From assembly GCA_051530055.1 (NCBI GenBank), contig CM121342.1, positions 5,021,489-5,085,488 of the forward strand: 64,000 nucleotides of DNA, read 5' to 3'. The notes below the pieces were generated by a model. It was given only the letters and a program-made list of their open reading frames with translations, was not told the DNA's origin and searched no databases. The DNA comes from Neoechinorhynchus agilis. Its lineage: Eukaryota > Animalia > Acanthocephala. How positions within the stretch are numbered: position 1 is the stretch's first letter; the number at the start of each line of letters is the position of its first letter. Both the position numbers and the translations under genes were made by a program. Below are positions 11,160-24,587 of this stretch, in pieces.

Positions 11160-11723
11160 ACGCCTACAAATGGGCCAACAACAAAAAAGAATCCATCTTC
11201 AGCATAGAAAACAGGAAATACCGGGCAAATTTCCGTTACACGAAAAAGAATACTAATTTTTCAATACGATCGGTTCTGCAGCGATACACGGACCGCTCAC
11301 TGGATCGTCTTGATATTGGCAAATGCACGAGAAGCTTAAACGATTTATTTTAAAAGGTTACCTCAACAGTGGATTCTGGTTCATGAAGAGCAACACTGAA
11401 TCCTTTTGGACCAAGAACAATATTACCGATTCGATTGACGATCTTAAGTGTAACAAGACTTTTCGTTGAATAGGAACTGTTTGGAAGATCAACTATAATC
11501 TGCGGCTCAAAATGTCTTATCATAGAATTAGCATAGAAAACATCATTTCCATGAAAGGGTTCAAAGACTCTTGTTTCCAGCATGACGCCCCCTGCTTCCA
11601 CCACCTTTTGAAAATTCAGTATCTCAACAATTAGACGATGTGTCATTGATAAATCTTAGCTGGATTCGGCGGGATGATCGTAACGGCGCTAAGCAAAGAA
11701 AGGAGTACGCAAAGTGTGCATAG
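11160..11723 (+). CDS. Possible spliced gene fragment, weakly resembling a nucleotide-diphospho-sugar transferase; one unresolved in-frame TGA
   Basis: GT-AG introns of 50 and 41 nt join frames reading ...RSLDR-YLNSGFWFMKSN...FHHLLKIH-WIRR...KCA*. The family call is recalled motif similarity only. Confidence 0.3.
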
Positions 11724-12382
11724 GAAGTTACGCAAAATAGACGGGAACTAGGAATAAATGTGAATTTATTGTTGTTTTTCTACTTGAATTTGTATCCGGT
11801 GGATCACGAGGCGAAAAAAGTATTGGAAAATAATGATCTCAATTTTCTCAATCTGAAAATCACAAACATGCGTCCTTACCACCACCACCACAGCTTATGA
11901 GTTCAATGATTCTGGTTTGGATCGTGGTATGTCCTAATTTTCGTTCTCCAGCTCGACAATCACGATAACTTTGATCAGGAAAGTGCAACTAAAACACCAG
12001 TCCATTCATCAGGGTTTCTATTGTTTAACTCGAGCAACGCTTCTTTTGGTTATGATCACTGAATAAAACTGTATTTTGAATTGAGATATTTCGTGCCAGG
12101 AACATTTGGTGATTCCGCGCATCGAAAAATCTCAACTCTTCTAATTTGTAACCATTGCGCTAAATAGCGAGTAAAAAAAAGCGAATCGGTTTATACGGCC
12201 AATCAGCAACTATGTCAAAGACAACAAAAAACACGTTTTGTCAGCATCAAATAAATTAAGAACGGCCGGTTCGGAAAGTGAAAATATGTTTTAATCTCTG
12301 CCATAGAAAGTATTTTTCTTTAAATTACAATAAAGAACTTATTTCGAGGATATTCCATAAAGCTCATATAAATGGTAAACGC

Positions 12383-12757
12383 TTAATTCTTTTCATCATC
12401 GATTGGTTCCTTAGATAATACGTTCGCATCCGCGAGCATTCTACTAAGTTTATTGTCCCGATGGAGTTTCTCGACATCACTTCCACCTCCAACGCATTTT
12501 CCGTCAAGAAAGATGCGTGGGACGGTTTTAATTCCGTCGCACAAGCCTCCCAGATATTTTTGAATTTGTTTGCACTCAGGCATATCTTCGATTTCAACTA
12601 TCTTGATGTCCGTTAGTTTGTATTTGTTCAAGACGTTCTTAGCTAACGTACAGTAAGGACAATAACTCTTACTGAACACTACCAGTTTATGCTTCTCGAT
12701 AAGATCATCAACGAATTTTTTTGCAAAGTCATTTGCGTTGGAAGATTTTGTTCCCAT
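12383..12757 (-). CDS. GLRX: Dithiol glutaredoxin
   Basis: 124 aa with VVFSKSYCPYC, TVPRIF and GGGSD motifs. ATG directly follows TTTTTAG. Confidence 0.92.
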   Translation of the reverse strand: MGTKSSNANDFAKKFVDDLIEKHKLVVFSKSYCPYCTLAKNVLNKYKLTDIKIVEIEDMPECKQIQKYLGGLCDGIKTVPRIFLDGKCVGGGSDVEKLHRDNKLSRMLADANVLSKEPIDDEKN

Positions 12758-13844
12758 CTAAAAAGAGTTTTTTCTGTGTGTACTTTATTTAGAAAAAAAT
12801 CAAGTACAAAAAGATTACCGTGACCAAGTTGCAAACTACATTCATGCAAATCTATTTCAGAGGATTTTAGTGTGTCCAATTTGTAGAGCATTGAAGTTGA
12901 GATTGAATTTAGAAACGCAATCTATTTCAAATATTTCTCTTTTCGAACAAGATGGAGTTCGAAACAACCATGAAACACAGATCAAATTTATGCAGACGTT
13001 CTAAACCCACGAGAAATCGCGACAAGAAAGCAATCAAGGCTCCGTCGCTTTTGTGATATGATTATGCTGGACTGGATTTGAAATGTTACCTTGAGAACTG
13101 TGTGTGTCTTTGTCAACGGAATCGAGAGTTTGCGTCAAGCAAAGTGGCTGCCGTGGTTCCCCTTCTCCGATGTGGGCGTACAATTGCTGCAGTGTACCGA
13201 AAAGAAATCCTCGTGTATAAAGTCGGTAAAGCACCCTTAATGAAAGCTCGAACACAAAAACACGGGTAAAAAATTGTTTGTTTTACGGAAAACTGTTCAT
13301 AAATTTGGAAATTTGAGCGGAATTGTGAGAGAACTACTAAAATAGAAAGATTCAAATCTGTACAATTGAAGCCTCAAGCAAAGAAAAATTCTAGTTTTCT
13401 TCATAATTCTAATAGTTCCTAGAGGTACTGGATAGCGATTACCTAACAGAATTGTTGCATTTGTGTGCTGGTAGTAAATCAGTGTAATAACAATCTTTTT
13501 TACGCATCGTTTGGACTATAAGAAACTACTCCGAATTCCCATCGAAGGATAAATATCATTTTAGTATGGTCCTTTGGGATTAAGGTTCGTTTTACATGAC
13601 AGATCCCCATCTTCGACGTGCAACGACGAAGAGGTTCTCGAGGCTATTATTAAAATTCAAAAACTATTTTGGAGCGCAAAACTTCCACAAAATATTGCCC
13701 AGAAGCGTTTGGTTAACTTATTTTTGCCGCGGTCCCACACAGTTGACTGAATCACAACTTATTTCGTATAAAATCTAATTATATTCATCACTTCATCAGA
13801 CGAAATAAGTGGTAAATAACGTTTTTAATCAAAAAAATTATTTA

Positions 13845-13930
13845 CCACGGGCGGTGAAGACTTCTTGTAAACAAAAATTATTCTAATCATATAGCCCGCG
13901 GTACCTCGTCCGCAGATATCGACATTTTGA
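13845..13930. mobile_element. Fragment of the 281-bp/MITE family (terminal portion)
   Basis: TTTACCACG...GAAGACTTCTTGTAAACAA...GATATCGACATTTTG, sharing the family terminus seen at about 55830-55848. Confidence 0.6.
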
Positions 13931-15150
13931 AAAATATGTGATTCGGTTTAAGGAAGAGGAACTACTAAGAAACCTGAATTTGATGGACTTATTAAGAATT
14001 CCTACGTATTCGTTCGAAGTAATAATTCGGATGGCAGGGAGTTCAAAAAGAAGACGAAGTAATTGATCAAATTTATTTGCATTAAGAAGTTTCGAACCTT
14101 TTATCTGGTTCATCGATTTAAAACGTCTTTTTATTAAAAAAAAGTTCTGTACGGATCGAAAACCTGTAAAGTTATTTCTTCGACTTCGACAGGTTGATGA
14201 AGGTCTATTGAACGGGAGCGATGAAATGATGCATTCAAAGTCTCTGATTTTTTTAAAAAAAACGTTGAAATATACTGATTTTCTCTGGATTGATTAAGTT
14301 TTATTTTCATACTTTCGAGAGCATTCGCCGTGTTACGGCTTCTTGAGGAATTGTTCAACAGCCTTCTCTCAGCTGTCCATTTTAGAAGAAAAACTTGATC
14401 TCTGATTTTTTTTCGCTGCCCAAAAGTGTCAAAATGCCGTTTATGAGTCTCAATTAGAATTTCGCCGAATTCTTTACAAATGTTGAGCTGAAACGAAGGC
14501 GCCCATTGGACGCAAATTAAGCCAATAAAAAGCGATGTTTTGTGTTAATAATCGCCATTCACTACAAAAATCGTAGAGATTTGTCGGTGCTACACGAGAA
14601 ATGCTCTTAAACTAAAGAAGTTCTTACGCAGAAGCTAACGACGGAACGTTGATGGGAATTATTGATCTTTTTGAAACGCTCAAGTCCGTCTCCGTGGCGA
14701 GATGTCTTTCAAAATGTCATGTCTGGGGCACGCTGTTTAATTTGACTCATGAGAAGATCTCTAAGAGGTCAATCTCTCGAATCGCATTCTAATTAAAATC
14801 AATCGATAACGTAGATTCACACCCCCCCAAAAAAAATAATGGAATCCAATGGGAGACTAGAAAAAATAATCTCGACTGTTAATAAAAGTGCAAGGAGTCA
14901 CGACGGAATTCACCGGACGATATTTTTTTATTCATAATAAACCTTGGTGATTGAATCGGGGAATATAAAATATTTTTTTTATTGAACTAACATAAATTCA
15001 AACTTTGATGGGCGCTTATTCTCCTCAGTTTCGACAAAGAGAATTGCTTTAAAATGAGTTTAGTTGTGTAAGAAGGGATTGGACGAACACTAACCATGTC
15101 GCGGAGAATCGAAATTCCTTTGAAAGGAATAATCTGTCTCATTATTATAG

Positions 15151-15866
15151 ATGTTATCTGCTTATACAACGAAGCTGTCGGAACTCAATATCATCTTAGC
15201 TAGTGACTCAGTTGTCAGAAAACAATTATTAGAGCAGCTTGTAAGTATATTTTTCATTTTAACTCACTTTTTTTGGTACGCTTTGTTGTCTAATAGGGCC
15301 TTCGATTCAAAGTTCATTCATCTGGGTTTAATGAGCGTTCGAAGGATGGTAGAACCTTGGATGAAGCGATTAAGTATGCGCTTGATACCGCAAGATCTAA
15401 AGTCGAAGCCGTCATTGAGAATGGTAAAGTAGATTCCAAACTCATTATAGGAGCAGACACTGTCATGTTTTTTGAGGATAGAATGATTGGAAAACCAAGA
15501 AACCGAGATGATGCGATTGCTACCCTCTCAGAGTAAGCTCATTCGATTGCATAAATCCTCATTTTTTAAAAAAAAAGCTTAAATGGACGCGACCATTTGG
15601 TGATCACTGGAGTATGTTGCGCACATAATACAACGCATTTCATTCAGTTCCATGAACTTACAAGGGTCAAAATGGCTCGACTTAGTCCAGAAATGATCGA
15701 AAGCTATGTCGATACAGGAGAACCAATGGATAAGGCAGGCTCATATGCGATTCAGGGCAAAGGATGTAGCATTGTTGAAATGATCGAAGGAGATTATTAT
15801 AACGTTGTCGGATTACCTTTGAACTCGTTAGCTAAGCATTTGATTGACCTCTTTCAATTTAAATGA
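15151..15866 (+). CDS. Maf-like nucleoside triphosphate pyrophosphatase (dTTP/UTP type), 3 exons
   Basis: IILASDS, IIGADT, GKP, DKAGSYAIQG and GDYYNVVGLP motifs. Canonical introns at 15241-15296 and about 15533-15577. Confidence 0.88.
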
Positions 15867-16639
15867 ATGAAACACTTTTTTGTTTAGTAATGAGAACAAT
15901 CATCGATACAGAAAATCCTTCGGCTTCCCGGAAAAGGGGAAATTTTTCGAAGGAAATATATCTCCTATTCAGTCATTGCTTGCAGGGTTTTTGGGAACTG
16001 TGAAAGGCGAACTTACCTATTTCGAAATAACCGGAGATTGTTTTATCAATATTTCGTCGTCTCGTCGGACTTCTTTAGGTTGTTTAACTGGTTCGAAATG
16101 AGATCGTTACCGTGACTCCTTCTAAGCGAAGCACTCACAACGAAATTCGTATACCAAATAACGCATATAAAATGAGTTGAACTCATGGAGATAATAATCG
16201 ACCGTGGGCGTAAACATACTCTAAACAAAACAATCAGTGAGTTTGAGCGAACCTGGACTTATTGCGATGGTTTCTAGATAGCATATCCACCAATATTACG
16301 GTTTAAATGGTTTTTCAACCGTAATTCCTATTTTATACCCAACTCATTTATCCCCGATCACATTTTAAATTGAAAAAAAAAAGACGTTTTAGTTCAACAC
16401 AAAATGCAGATATGTTTTTACAAGAAATCGATCTTATACAAATTTTCCATTGTTTTCGATCGACAGCTGATTTCTTTTTATCAGCGACCTTTAATCACGA
16501 ACGTTTTAACACATTTCTATGAACTTCTACTAATTCATTTTGGTTCCGAAAATGTTGCAGATTGAAATTTGGACCACGTTTTGATAGAATTGCACCTAAA
16601 TATACTCAAAATTGTTGCGAAGAAATTTGAAATGATTTC

Positions 16640-16770
16640 ATTTTTAAAATTGCCGATTGTTTTCGGCACAATCTTATACGGGTTTTTTGATCGAGGTTGC
16701 TTGTCATATTTAGAATCGATAAAAAAAGGAGTATAAGATTGTGCCGAAACCAATCAGCAGTTTTGAAAAT
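16640..16770. mobile_element. MITE-like palindrome with about 40-bp imperfect inverted arms
   Basis: ATTTTTAAAATTGCCGATTGTTTTCGGCACAATCTTATAC versus GTATAAGATTGTGCCGAAACCAATCAGCAGTTTTGAAAAT. Confidence 0.75.
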
Positions 16771-16999
16771 AAAATATCATAAAACAATACTCAGAATTTT
16801 CAGATTTTTAAATTCAAAATAAAATTTTAGACATTATCTTTGCTAATTCCACGAATAACCTCGCCTCCTGAGTCATTTCACGAGCCCACGAGTACGCTCA
16901 TCACAAAATTCTAACTCTATAATCCCGAATTGTGGTTTCTCGCAATGAAAAAATGATGATCGTTGATTATTCAAAGTAGCTTCAAAAAGCATATAAGAG

Positions 17000-17218
17000 A
17001 ATTTTGACCTGTGTGTGTGTGTGGTGAATACTCGACCGGTTAAAAATCATTTTATTCTTCTGAAATATTTCGAAAGAGAGGAAACCTCTCGCCTTCTCTC
17101 AATCATTGTTAGCAGAGGAAAAAGCAAGCTTTCCGGTTTTTATATCTTTCGAAATATTTCAGAAGAATAAAATGATTTTTAACGGGCCGAGTATTCACCA
17201 CACACACAGGTCAAAATT
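17000..17218. mobile_element. MITE-like palindrome with about 75-bp inverted arms
   Basis: AATTTTGACC(TG)nGGTGAATACTCG...GAAATATTTCGAAAGA is mirrored by TCTTTCGAAATATTTC...CGAGTATTCACC(AC)nAGGTCAAAATT. Confidence 0.85.
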
Positions 17219-17716
17219 TAACATCCCGTATTTCTCGAGTGATCTTAGCTTTATAGTGAAAAGAACGATAAAGACTGATCGAAATTTTCGGAATTTCATT
17301 GGTTTATAGAAACGAATCGATTTGTTTTAATCGTCCAAATCTTGTGTGTGTGTGTGGGCGCCATTGTACTCATTGGCACTCCTTTATTAAAGTGCGAATA
17401 CCTTGAACTCGATTATAGGACTCTAATGCACCTGTGGCCCGGAAAATGGCCCATTTTACAATATCTAGACAGTCGAGAATGTGAGATTTCATTCACAAAC
17501 GCAGCCCAAGAAATTTAATGGTGATGTCCAGTGCTGCGAACTTATTTAATGCCCAATAATGATGATGCCCAAGAATATCATACATAGTTTATAAGTGTAT
17601 GTGCGTTGGTTTTATTCGTGAAGGTCTTGATGAAGCTCAACTGATGCAGCCATGTCCATTTCGGATTAGCCGTACGTTGCTCTCACTTGCCGCGAATCCG
17701 GCGGACAAGCTTTTTT

Positions 17717-20700
17717 TTATAACTGATCTTCGCTGCCGCTCGAGAATTCCACCTTAGACCAATCAGATCCTGATTCGTAGTCGCCTTGTTCAACGACTGA
17801 GATAGCCGCCGGACTTTTCTCAATGTTCTCCGTCTGTCCTTCATCCGAAATTCCTTCATTTGTATCATGCGAATAACGTTCTTCAATTTGCTTGCATTCG
17901 TCGTCGTCGTAACCGTCGCTGAGATCATGTCCTAATTCGTCTTCCTTTCCTATGTACGTGGTAGATTTGTCGCCTTGATATTCACTATTCTCCATATGAT
18001 TTGATCCGGATTTATGTGAACAGGCAGAAGAATAAGAGCCCTGATTCGATGATTGACCCCTGGCAGAGTTAACTTCGCTTCTGCTAGACAATTCACGCTG
18101 TTCGTTGTGCTGATTATCTTCACTAGAACGTCCAGCCATCTCGCATTCTGATTGGCCCTTAATGTTCGCTTCTATAGCTGCTAATAAGTGTTGATCGTCC
18201 TCATAAATGTACGGATGTATATTCGATCCAACCGAAATTTGCTCCGACGAACTCTCGCCATCTTCTCCACTACAAGTGGAATATTCAATATCAGTCAGAT
18301 CTTCATCATATTCGCTGTTTGTTTCGTGATTGGATGATAATGTTGACGACGTACTGTCGCTTTCGTCTTCTTCGCAAGAGTTCTGATCACATTTTATCGA
18401 TGCCGCTTTCGGTGATCCCTTTACCGACTGATTTTGTCCATCAACATCTAAACAAATTTCTTCCAATAGCATCTCATCGATGTCTTCGAGTTTCTCGCTC
18501 AAGTGCCGACTGCCCTCATCTTGCTTCTCCTCTTTAGAGCTGCTGCAATCTACCGTACAACTTTCATCATCGGATTGGTCTGATTCCTCCTCATCGGTTT
18601 GTTCCTCTAAATTGTCTTCTGCGCAGTGGATTGATCCTCCCCCTTGAAAGAGATTGATTGCCAAAGTTCTTAAATTTTCTGGTTCGATTCCAGCCATTCT
18701 GTCCGGATGTACAAAGGACATGCTCTGCTCCTTTAGGCACATTCCATTACTTTCATATCCACTTGTTGATTGGGCTTGCTCCATCTCACGAAGAGTTAAC
18801 CCATTGGAGCTACCGTCTAGCCGAATAAAGTGTGGCTCATCTTCGTCTTCAAGTTGACTTTCAATTTCGTGGTCTTCTCGATTCGGCTCAGATATTTTCT
18901 TTATTGTGCAGCTGCCTGGATGATTTTCATTCATGTGCATTCTCATATGTTCCTTCCATTTACATTCATAGTCGCATGAACCGCATCTATAAACCATTCC
19001 AGGTTTATGAACAACCAAGTGCTTTTGCATTTCGGTCTCAGAATGAGTCGCAAATGGACAATTGGCACAATTGATTGATGCGGACTTTTGCATTTCGAGA
19101 ATGCTATTAATTCGCGTTCTCAATCCTGTATCGTTCGGATCCAATGGATTTATGAAACAACTTACCTTTACCGATGTAATGAACTCTTCGTCAGTTACGT
19201 CTTCATATAGGATATTCTCTGGTAGTTCGATAAACGCAGCGTTGGGATTATCGCTGTGTTGACGATTAATGTGTTTACTGCAGTCCCATTTCCAATTTGA
19301 ATTGTAGTCACAGTCCGAGCAATGAAAAGCCTTGTTTTTGGCATGAAATCTTCTTTGATGCTTGTTTAATTGAGTACACGATATTGCTGTAAAGTCACAA
19401 TATTTACACGTAAATGAACGGTTACCATTCGAATAAGTTTGCGAATTGGTGGGCACTTGAGTGTAGATTGGTAAGGCACTTTGGGGAATCAGGAGCTCAG
19501 AATGCGAGTGGAGCATGGTACTTAAAATATTTGCAAGATAGTTGGCCAGCAAGGAATGATCCACGGTTGGAGGCTCTAATGCCGGATCTGTAATAACAAT
19601 CGGATATAGTGGTCCATCTATTTGGGGAGTAGTAGGTGCTTGAGCTATTAGAGGAGTTGCTGGTGGAACAGGACTTGTCATTCGGGGTCGTTTTACGGCG
19701 CCCCCATCAGTAGGATTCCTCGGTCCAGCCCTGCCACGTTTCTTGTAAGGATTGATCATATTTGGGTGGCCACGGTCAAAGTGTTTAGCTAAATCCCACC
19801 TCCATTTATACGTCGAAGAACAAACCAAGCATTTGAAAGGTCTTAAACTTGAATGCGAAGCTGCATGTTTCTGCAATTCAGTAGGCCATCGACCGATAAA
19901 GTCACACTGAGCGCATTTCAGAGGATTGCTTGGATCGCTTAGATTTTGTTTTTCGTTCTGTTCTGCTACCTTGGTGTTTCTCGGTGGAGCCTTGTCGGTT
20001 ATTTCTCGCATGAGAACTTCCATATGATTTGCTTGAAAGTGTTCCGTGACTCTATCTACGGCTCCGACGAATGGGAGTCCGCAAACGCCACAAATGTAGG
20101 TTTTTTGGTTTCCAGTAGGAGTTGGTTGAGGCACAGTGTCGATTAGAACCGGAGATGTTGAAATTTGTGCGACTTCCGCTGAATTATCAGTGCCAGAATT
20201 AGGTGCATTATGAACCTTCATGTTGGACTGGATAGCTGCTGTATTTATCTGAAATGATGTAATCGGTATCGTGGTACAATGTTGATGATTCGCCATGGTT
20301 GGTTGATTCGAGATACTCGGCTGAGTTAAATTAGCCATATCTCCTTGAGGCGCCGTCAATTGAGCAAAAGCAGACGATGCAGTCCAAGTATGTAGAAGGT
20401 CACTTGCTGGTTGTTGGATTCCGCTCAAATTACCTTCTACTTCTGGACTTTGTTTACTTTGCGGCTGCGGCGCCAACCTCCGGCGAGTGGTTTCAGATAT
20501 GTTTTTCTCGCGAATGATCACTTCAGCGTCCAAGGGAGGAGGAGACTGATTTTTATGCTTTTCCTTCCAGTGTTTGTTGAGACTTTTTCGCCACTTATAT
20601 ACATTTCCACATAGGGAGCAAGCAAATCGCGTCATTTCAGTTGGATCGACAAATGAACGGTACCTTCGTGGGTCCACTTCCACATTGTACTTTTTTCGAG

Positions 20701-21021
20701 GCTTCAGTATTTGCGGCTGTACATTTTGTGCTGCAATTGTTTGAACAACAATAACCTCTGGTTGTTGTGTATGTGCGCTTTCATTTACTGGCGGGACGTT
20801 GTTAGTCGGTGGCGGCGGCGGATCGTTCACCGTCGGTTGAACAGTCGTCGCTGTTTGCCATTGAGGGTCAATTCGTAGTTCGTCTCTGGATTTTGGCCTA
20901 TATGATTTTCTCCTAAAATTTTGTCAATAAATTATTGTCTGTCACACCATTGGCTTGAAACTTACTTTCGTGAACCAATAGCTAAATCGGGACTGTTTGA
21001 GTGATCCTTATCGCTTGACAT
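17717..21021 (-). CDS. C2H2 zinc-finger protein (8 fingers, acidic C-terminus), about 1080 aa, 2 exons
   Basis: A 1037-codon ORF with eight CxxC...H...H fingers. Exon 1 (20966-21021, MSSDKDHSNSPDLAIGSR) joins in frame through a 53-nt GTAAGT...TTTTAG intron (20913-20965). Confidence 0.88.
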
Positions 21022-24000
21022 CTGTAAAAAGAATTCGTTAAAGCTGATTGGCTAGATGGAAGAGGAAAAGTTGGGAATTTTTCTGGCTAGTAGAGAGGGA
21101 TTTCCAAGAAGAATAAATTCCGAGGATGACAGTTTTGGGGTCGACAGGTGAGCACTTCTCTGCTTGCTCAGTTATACTGATGACAGGGTCGCAGGGCTTA
21201 AGTCTTTGAGAAGACAGACACTCAAATGCATCTTCTGTTTCTGCTCACACGCCCAACTTCCATGACTAACCGTGCCGCCGCCGCCGCCTACGAGGATAAT
21301 GCACAAGAACTCAGCAGTGTAACCTGACTGTGAGCAGGATTACGAACAAAAAAAGGTGAGTATTAAACCGAGGAGAGCTATTGCGTTAGCACCCTTCCAG
21401 TAGTTTACTCACTACGATTGTCTGGATCTAGACAGCATTTCAAAAGTCGCTACAGCGGCGGCGGCGAGGAGTTGAGATTGGTTTGGGAGGGGACAGAGTG
21501 TCTGCTGGACTTTCGTGAGCTACCAAGTCTTATAGAAAAGTTCGAGACACTAAGGCTGTGATGTGACTAAAATATAAAAGTTAAGGGGATGGGGGTAATG
21601 TTGACAGTTTTGAGTCCTCCTCAAGGTGAAGCAGATGAGAAGCGGACTCGGCGGTTTTTTACATATGGACTCCTCAGCGACAAATGTGGAGGACCTGTCA
21701 ATTCTAAGCAAGTTAGTCCCTTTCTCACTCCGCCCGCAAAAAAATTCAAAGTACATGAGCTGCGGCGGCGGTGGTTCCTGAAGCATGCGCTGAATTACTC
21801 ATAGCGTCTGGAATCGCAGGGTCTTAGGTGCATTCCCGGAATGAGAAACAATTCTCTCAGAAATGGAACAGTTCAATGAAATTTCTAAGACTCTTAACGT
21901 TTGAAATCAGAGAACTTGTACGGGTGATGAAATAAGTGTCTGCCACATGGAACTCTTTATGGACCAGTGTATCTTTACCAGGATGCGCTATTGAATAATG
22001 GACGCGCGCGCGCACTAACGAGGTGAAGAAAACCTGACTCGTTTTCATCTCCTTCAACTAAAAAAAAGTCGCTCATTTTCGGGGACAGTCTCAGTGGGAA
22101 ACGATCGCGTGTTAGAGCGAGATGTGCCCTTCAGAACCACTGTCCTCGACTAAAACTATTTTAATGATCCCGGAAAACCCCATGCGCCGCGCACCCATTC
22201 CTAACCATCACCGAATTTACCTTAAGATTTTCCGAATTCCGTGTATGCGATGGCGTGCTGCGTCTCGTCTTAAGCAGCCTCCAACGCTTCCAACAACCAT
22301 CAGCGAAAAATGGTGCGTTCGAGAAATGCTGCCCTTACACTCTCTCTCCTCACGTGTATCAGGAGAGCGAGAGAAACAGGAATGAGGACTCTCGTACCCA
22401 ATGTTTTTCCCTAATAATATTTGCAACATTTTCCCTTTAGAACCTCTCAATTATATTGACCTAATAAAATTCGCTAGTTTTCCCCAACAAATTGTCGCGC
22501 ACGACCAAAATATATACGCAGCAGCCAATAGGATGCGTGGAAAAGCGTAATGTGCTCCTATTGGTCAGGTAATGACATACCTCTGTTGTTTTTGTTATCC
22601 AAACGTCAAAGGAGAGAGAAAATGTCACGTTATTGTCGCATTTTCTCAAAACCACTCTGATACTCTAACGCTTAAATCTTATTGAATCTCACAATAAACT
22701 TTGACGGGGTCAATGCATATCCGCACGATCATGCTTGACATAAAAGCGGCCGTTTGGCATCCTGATAAGGAGAGCTCTCGCAGTTTCTCACGCTAATAAC
22801 CTACTAATAACACAAAACAATATAAATCTTGCGACCGAGCGATTCTACGAATTTTGAACGTTTTTCTAAAACCTTAAAAATGCCCAATCGTCTAACCATC
22901 ATTTTTTTCCCAAAGAATAAAGTATGGAAAATGCGAATAGCGGTAACAAATTTACGATTGGGGAAAGCAGGGGACATCTCTAAGCTCATACCTGTGTTAA
23001 TGGTAGTTGGAGAAAAAGTTTGAAATTCGAGTCCAACTGAGTCTCAGTTCTGTAAAACTGCGATTATCTAAAATGAGTGTGAGAGTGTTATCAGAATCGA
23101 AATTGGTTGCGTCAAGTGCCAATTGCTATTAACCTGGCCATAAGAACAAATACCGTCAAGCAAATAATTTTGGGAATTACATTTGATCTTTTTGACATTT
23201 CGTAAAAGAAATTAAAGTTGGTGAAATTTAAAGAGGCAACGATTTTAGCTAGAAAAAGCACGATTTCGGAAAAAAATAAGGTGAAATCGTTTGATTTAAA
23301 GCATCACTCACCATACTTTACCAAAAAAATCGCAGCTATTCTTATGAATTTTGGTGGTAAGAATGCAACAGTGCTAACAACTACATTCGGTCAAAGCTTA
23401 AAACTGCGAGTTTGTGTAGCAAATATTAACAGACAAATAGACCGTAAATATTTGGGATGCAAACCTCTCCTCATTCCACGACTAATGCATTTGTAAAAGA
23501 CCACAAAGTTAAAAGCTCTTAAAAGCATCTGTGAGCATTCGGTTTTGAAATTTGCCGAGTTTTTTTGGCCCAACCGATAAGCTCTCATCGTACATCCCGC
23601 CGCTCCCATGTATTTTAAGTTGACGAATGAAGAGTGTCTTAGGTAACACAAAACGGTGTCGACAAAGACTTTGATTTCACCTTGAAACGGGAGGCAAGAT
23701 CTTTGCAAACCATAACGAACGCTAATGAAGTTTCTGTGCATTTGGTACTGAAAATATCAATCAGGATGATGAGAAAAATGGTCGTAGAAATCACTGCCCT
23801 CATCTACCGTTCGGGTTCATATTAAGTGATTGCATCCTTTACTTGTGTCAAAAAGAGCTTCGTCGTGTTCACTTAACCAAAATGGGGAGCGATGTCATCA
23901 AAGAATCGAACTTCGTCTGAGCTTATCTACCTTAGTTGCATAGCTAACAGGATATTGTTCTCGAAAAGATGTTTTAATCAGCGTTGAATGCTCACGCGGA

Positions 24001-24587
24001 TTAACTCACGTGTACAACACGAGATTACCCAACGTTTCTTCGATGTTGTACAACAAATATTCGTTTATGCTTACTGATTTGTGGAAAATTGATAATTTCA
24101 AAGCAACGGCAATTAGGTCTGCTTGTATTTTTAGAAAAGCTCGAAATCACCAATTGTCAATAATCGATTATTTTATTTCCTTTGGTCGACTTCTTTTAAA
24201 CGATTACTTTTGCGCTAAATCATTATCTCACGGTGCTCAATGCATTCGCTTTTAGACTCAACAAATAAAAACTTTTATTTACAAACAATAATCTAAGCGT
24301 TACGAAAAGCTAAATCTTACTCGTCCGCTTTGCTAATCCATCATGCATCTTATTTTTGTAATGTCCTTAGATATCGCTAAAATCAAAAACCGAGCTTTTC
24401 GTCTTTTTGAAAAATATGCTTGCCATTCTTTTTGTTAATTTTTACCAATTTAATGCCAAATTCAAAGACTGATGTAAACTTTTCTGATTTGGATACGAAG
24501 AATTCTTTGTTAAGAATTATCTAAATCTTCAGAAATATTTATTATTGAAGAAAGTCCAGTTATCTAATTCCAAACTATAGCTGAAAA

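Noticed and set aside
13034-13355. Short overlapping ORFs, one with a GALPTLY stretch faintly like a THAP AVPTIF box
   Set aside because: No C2CH residues or consistent exon structure were found. Too weak to call.
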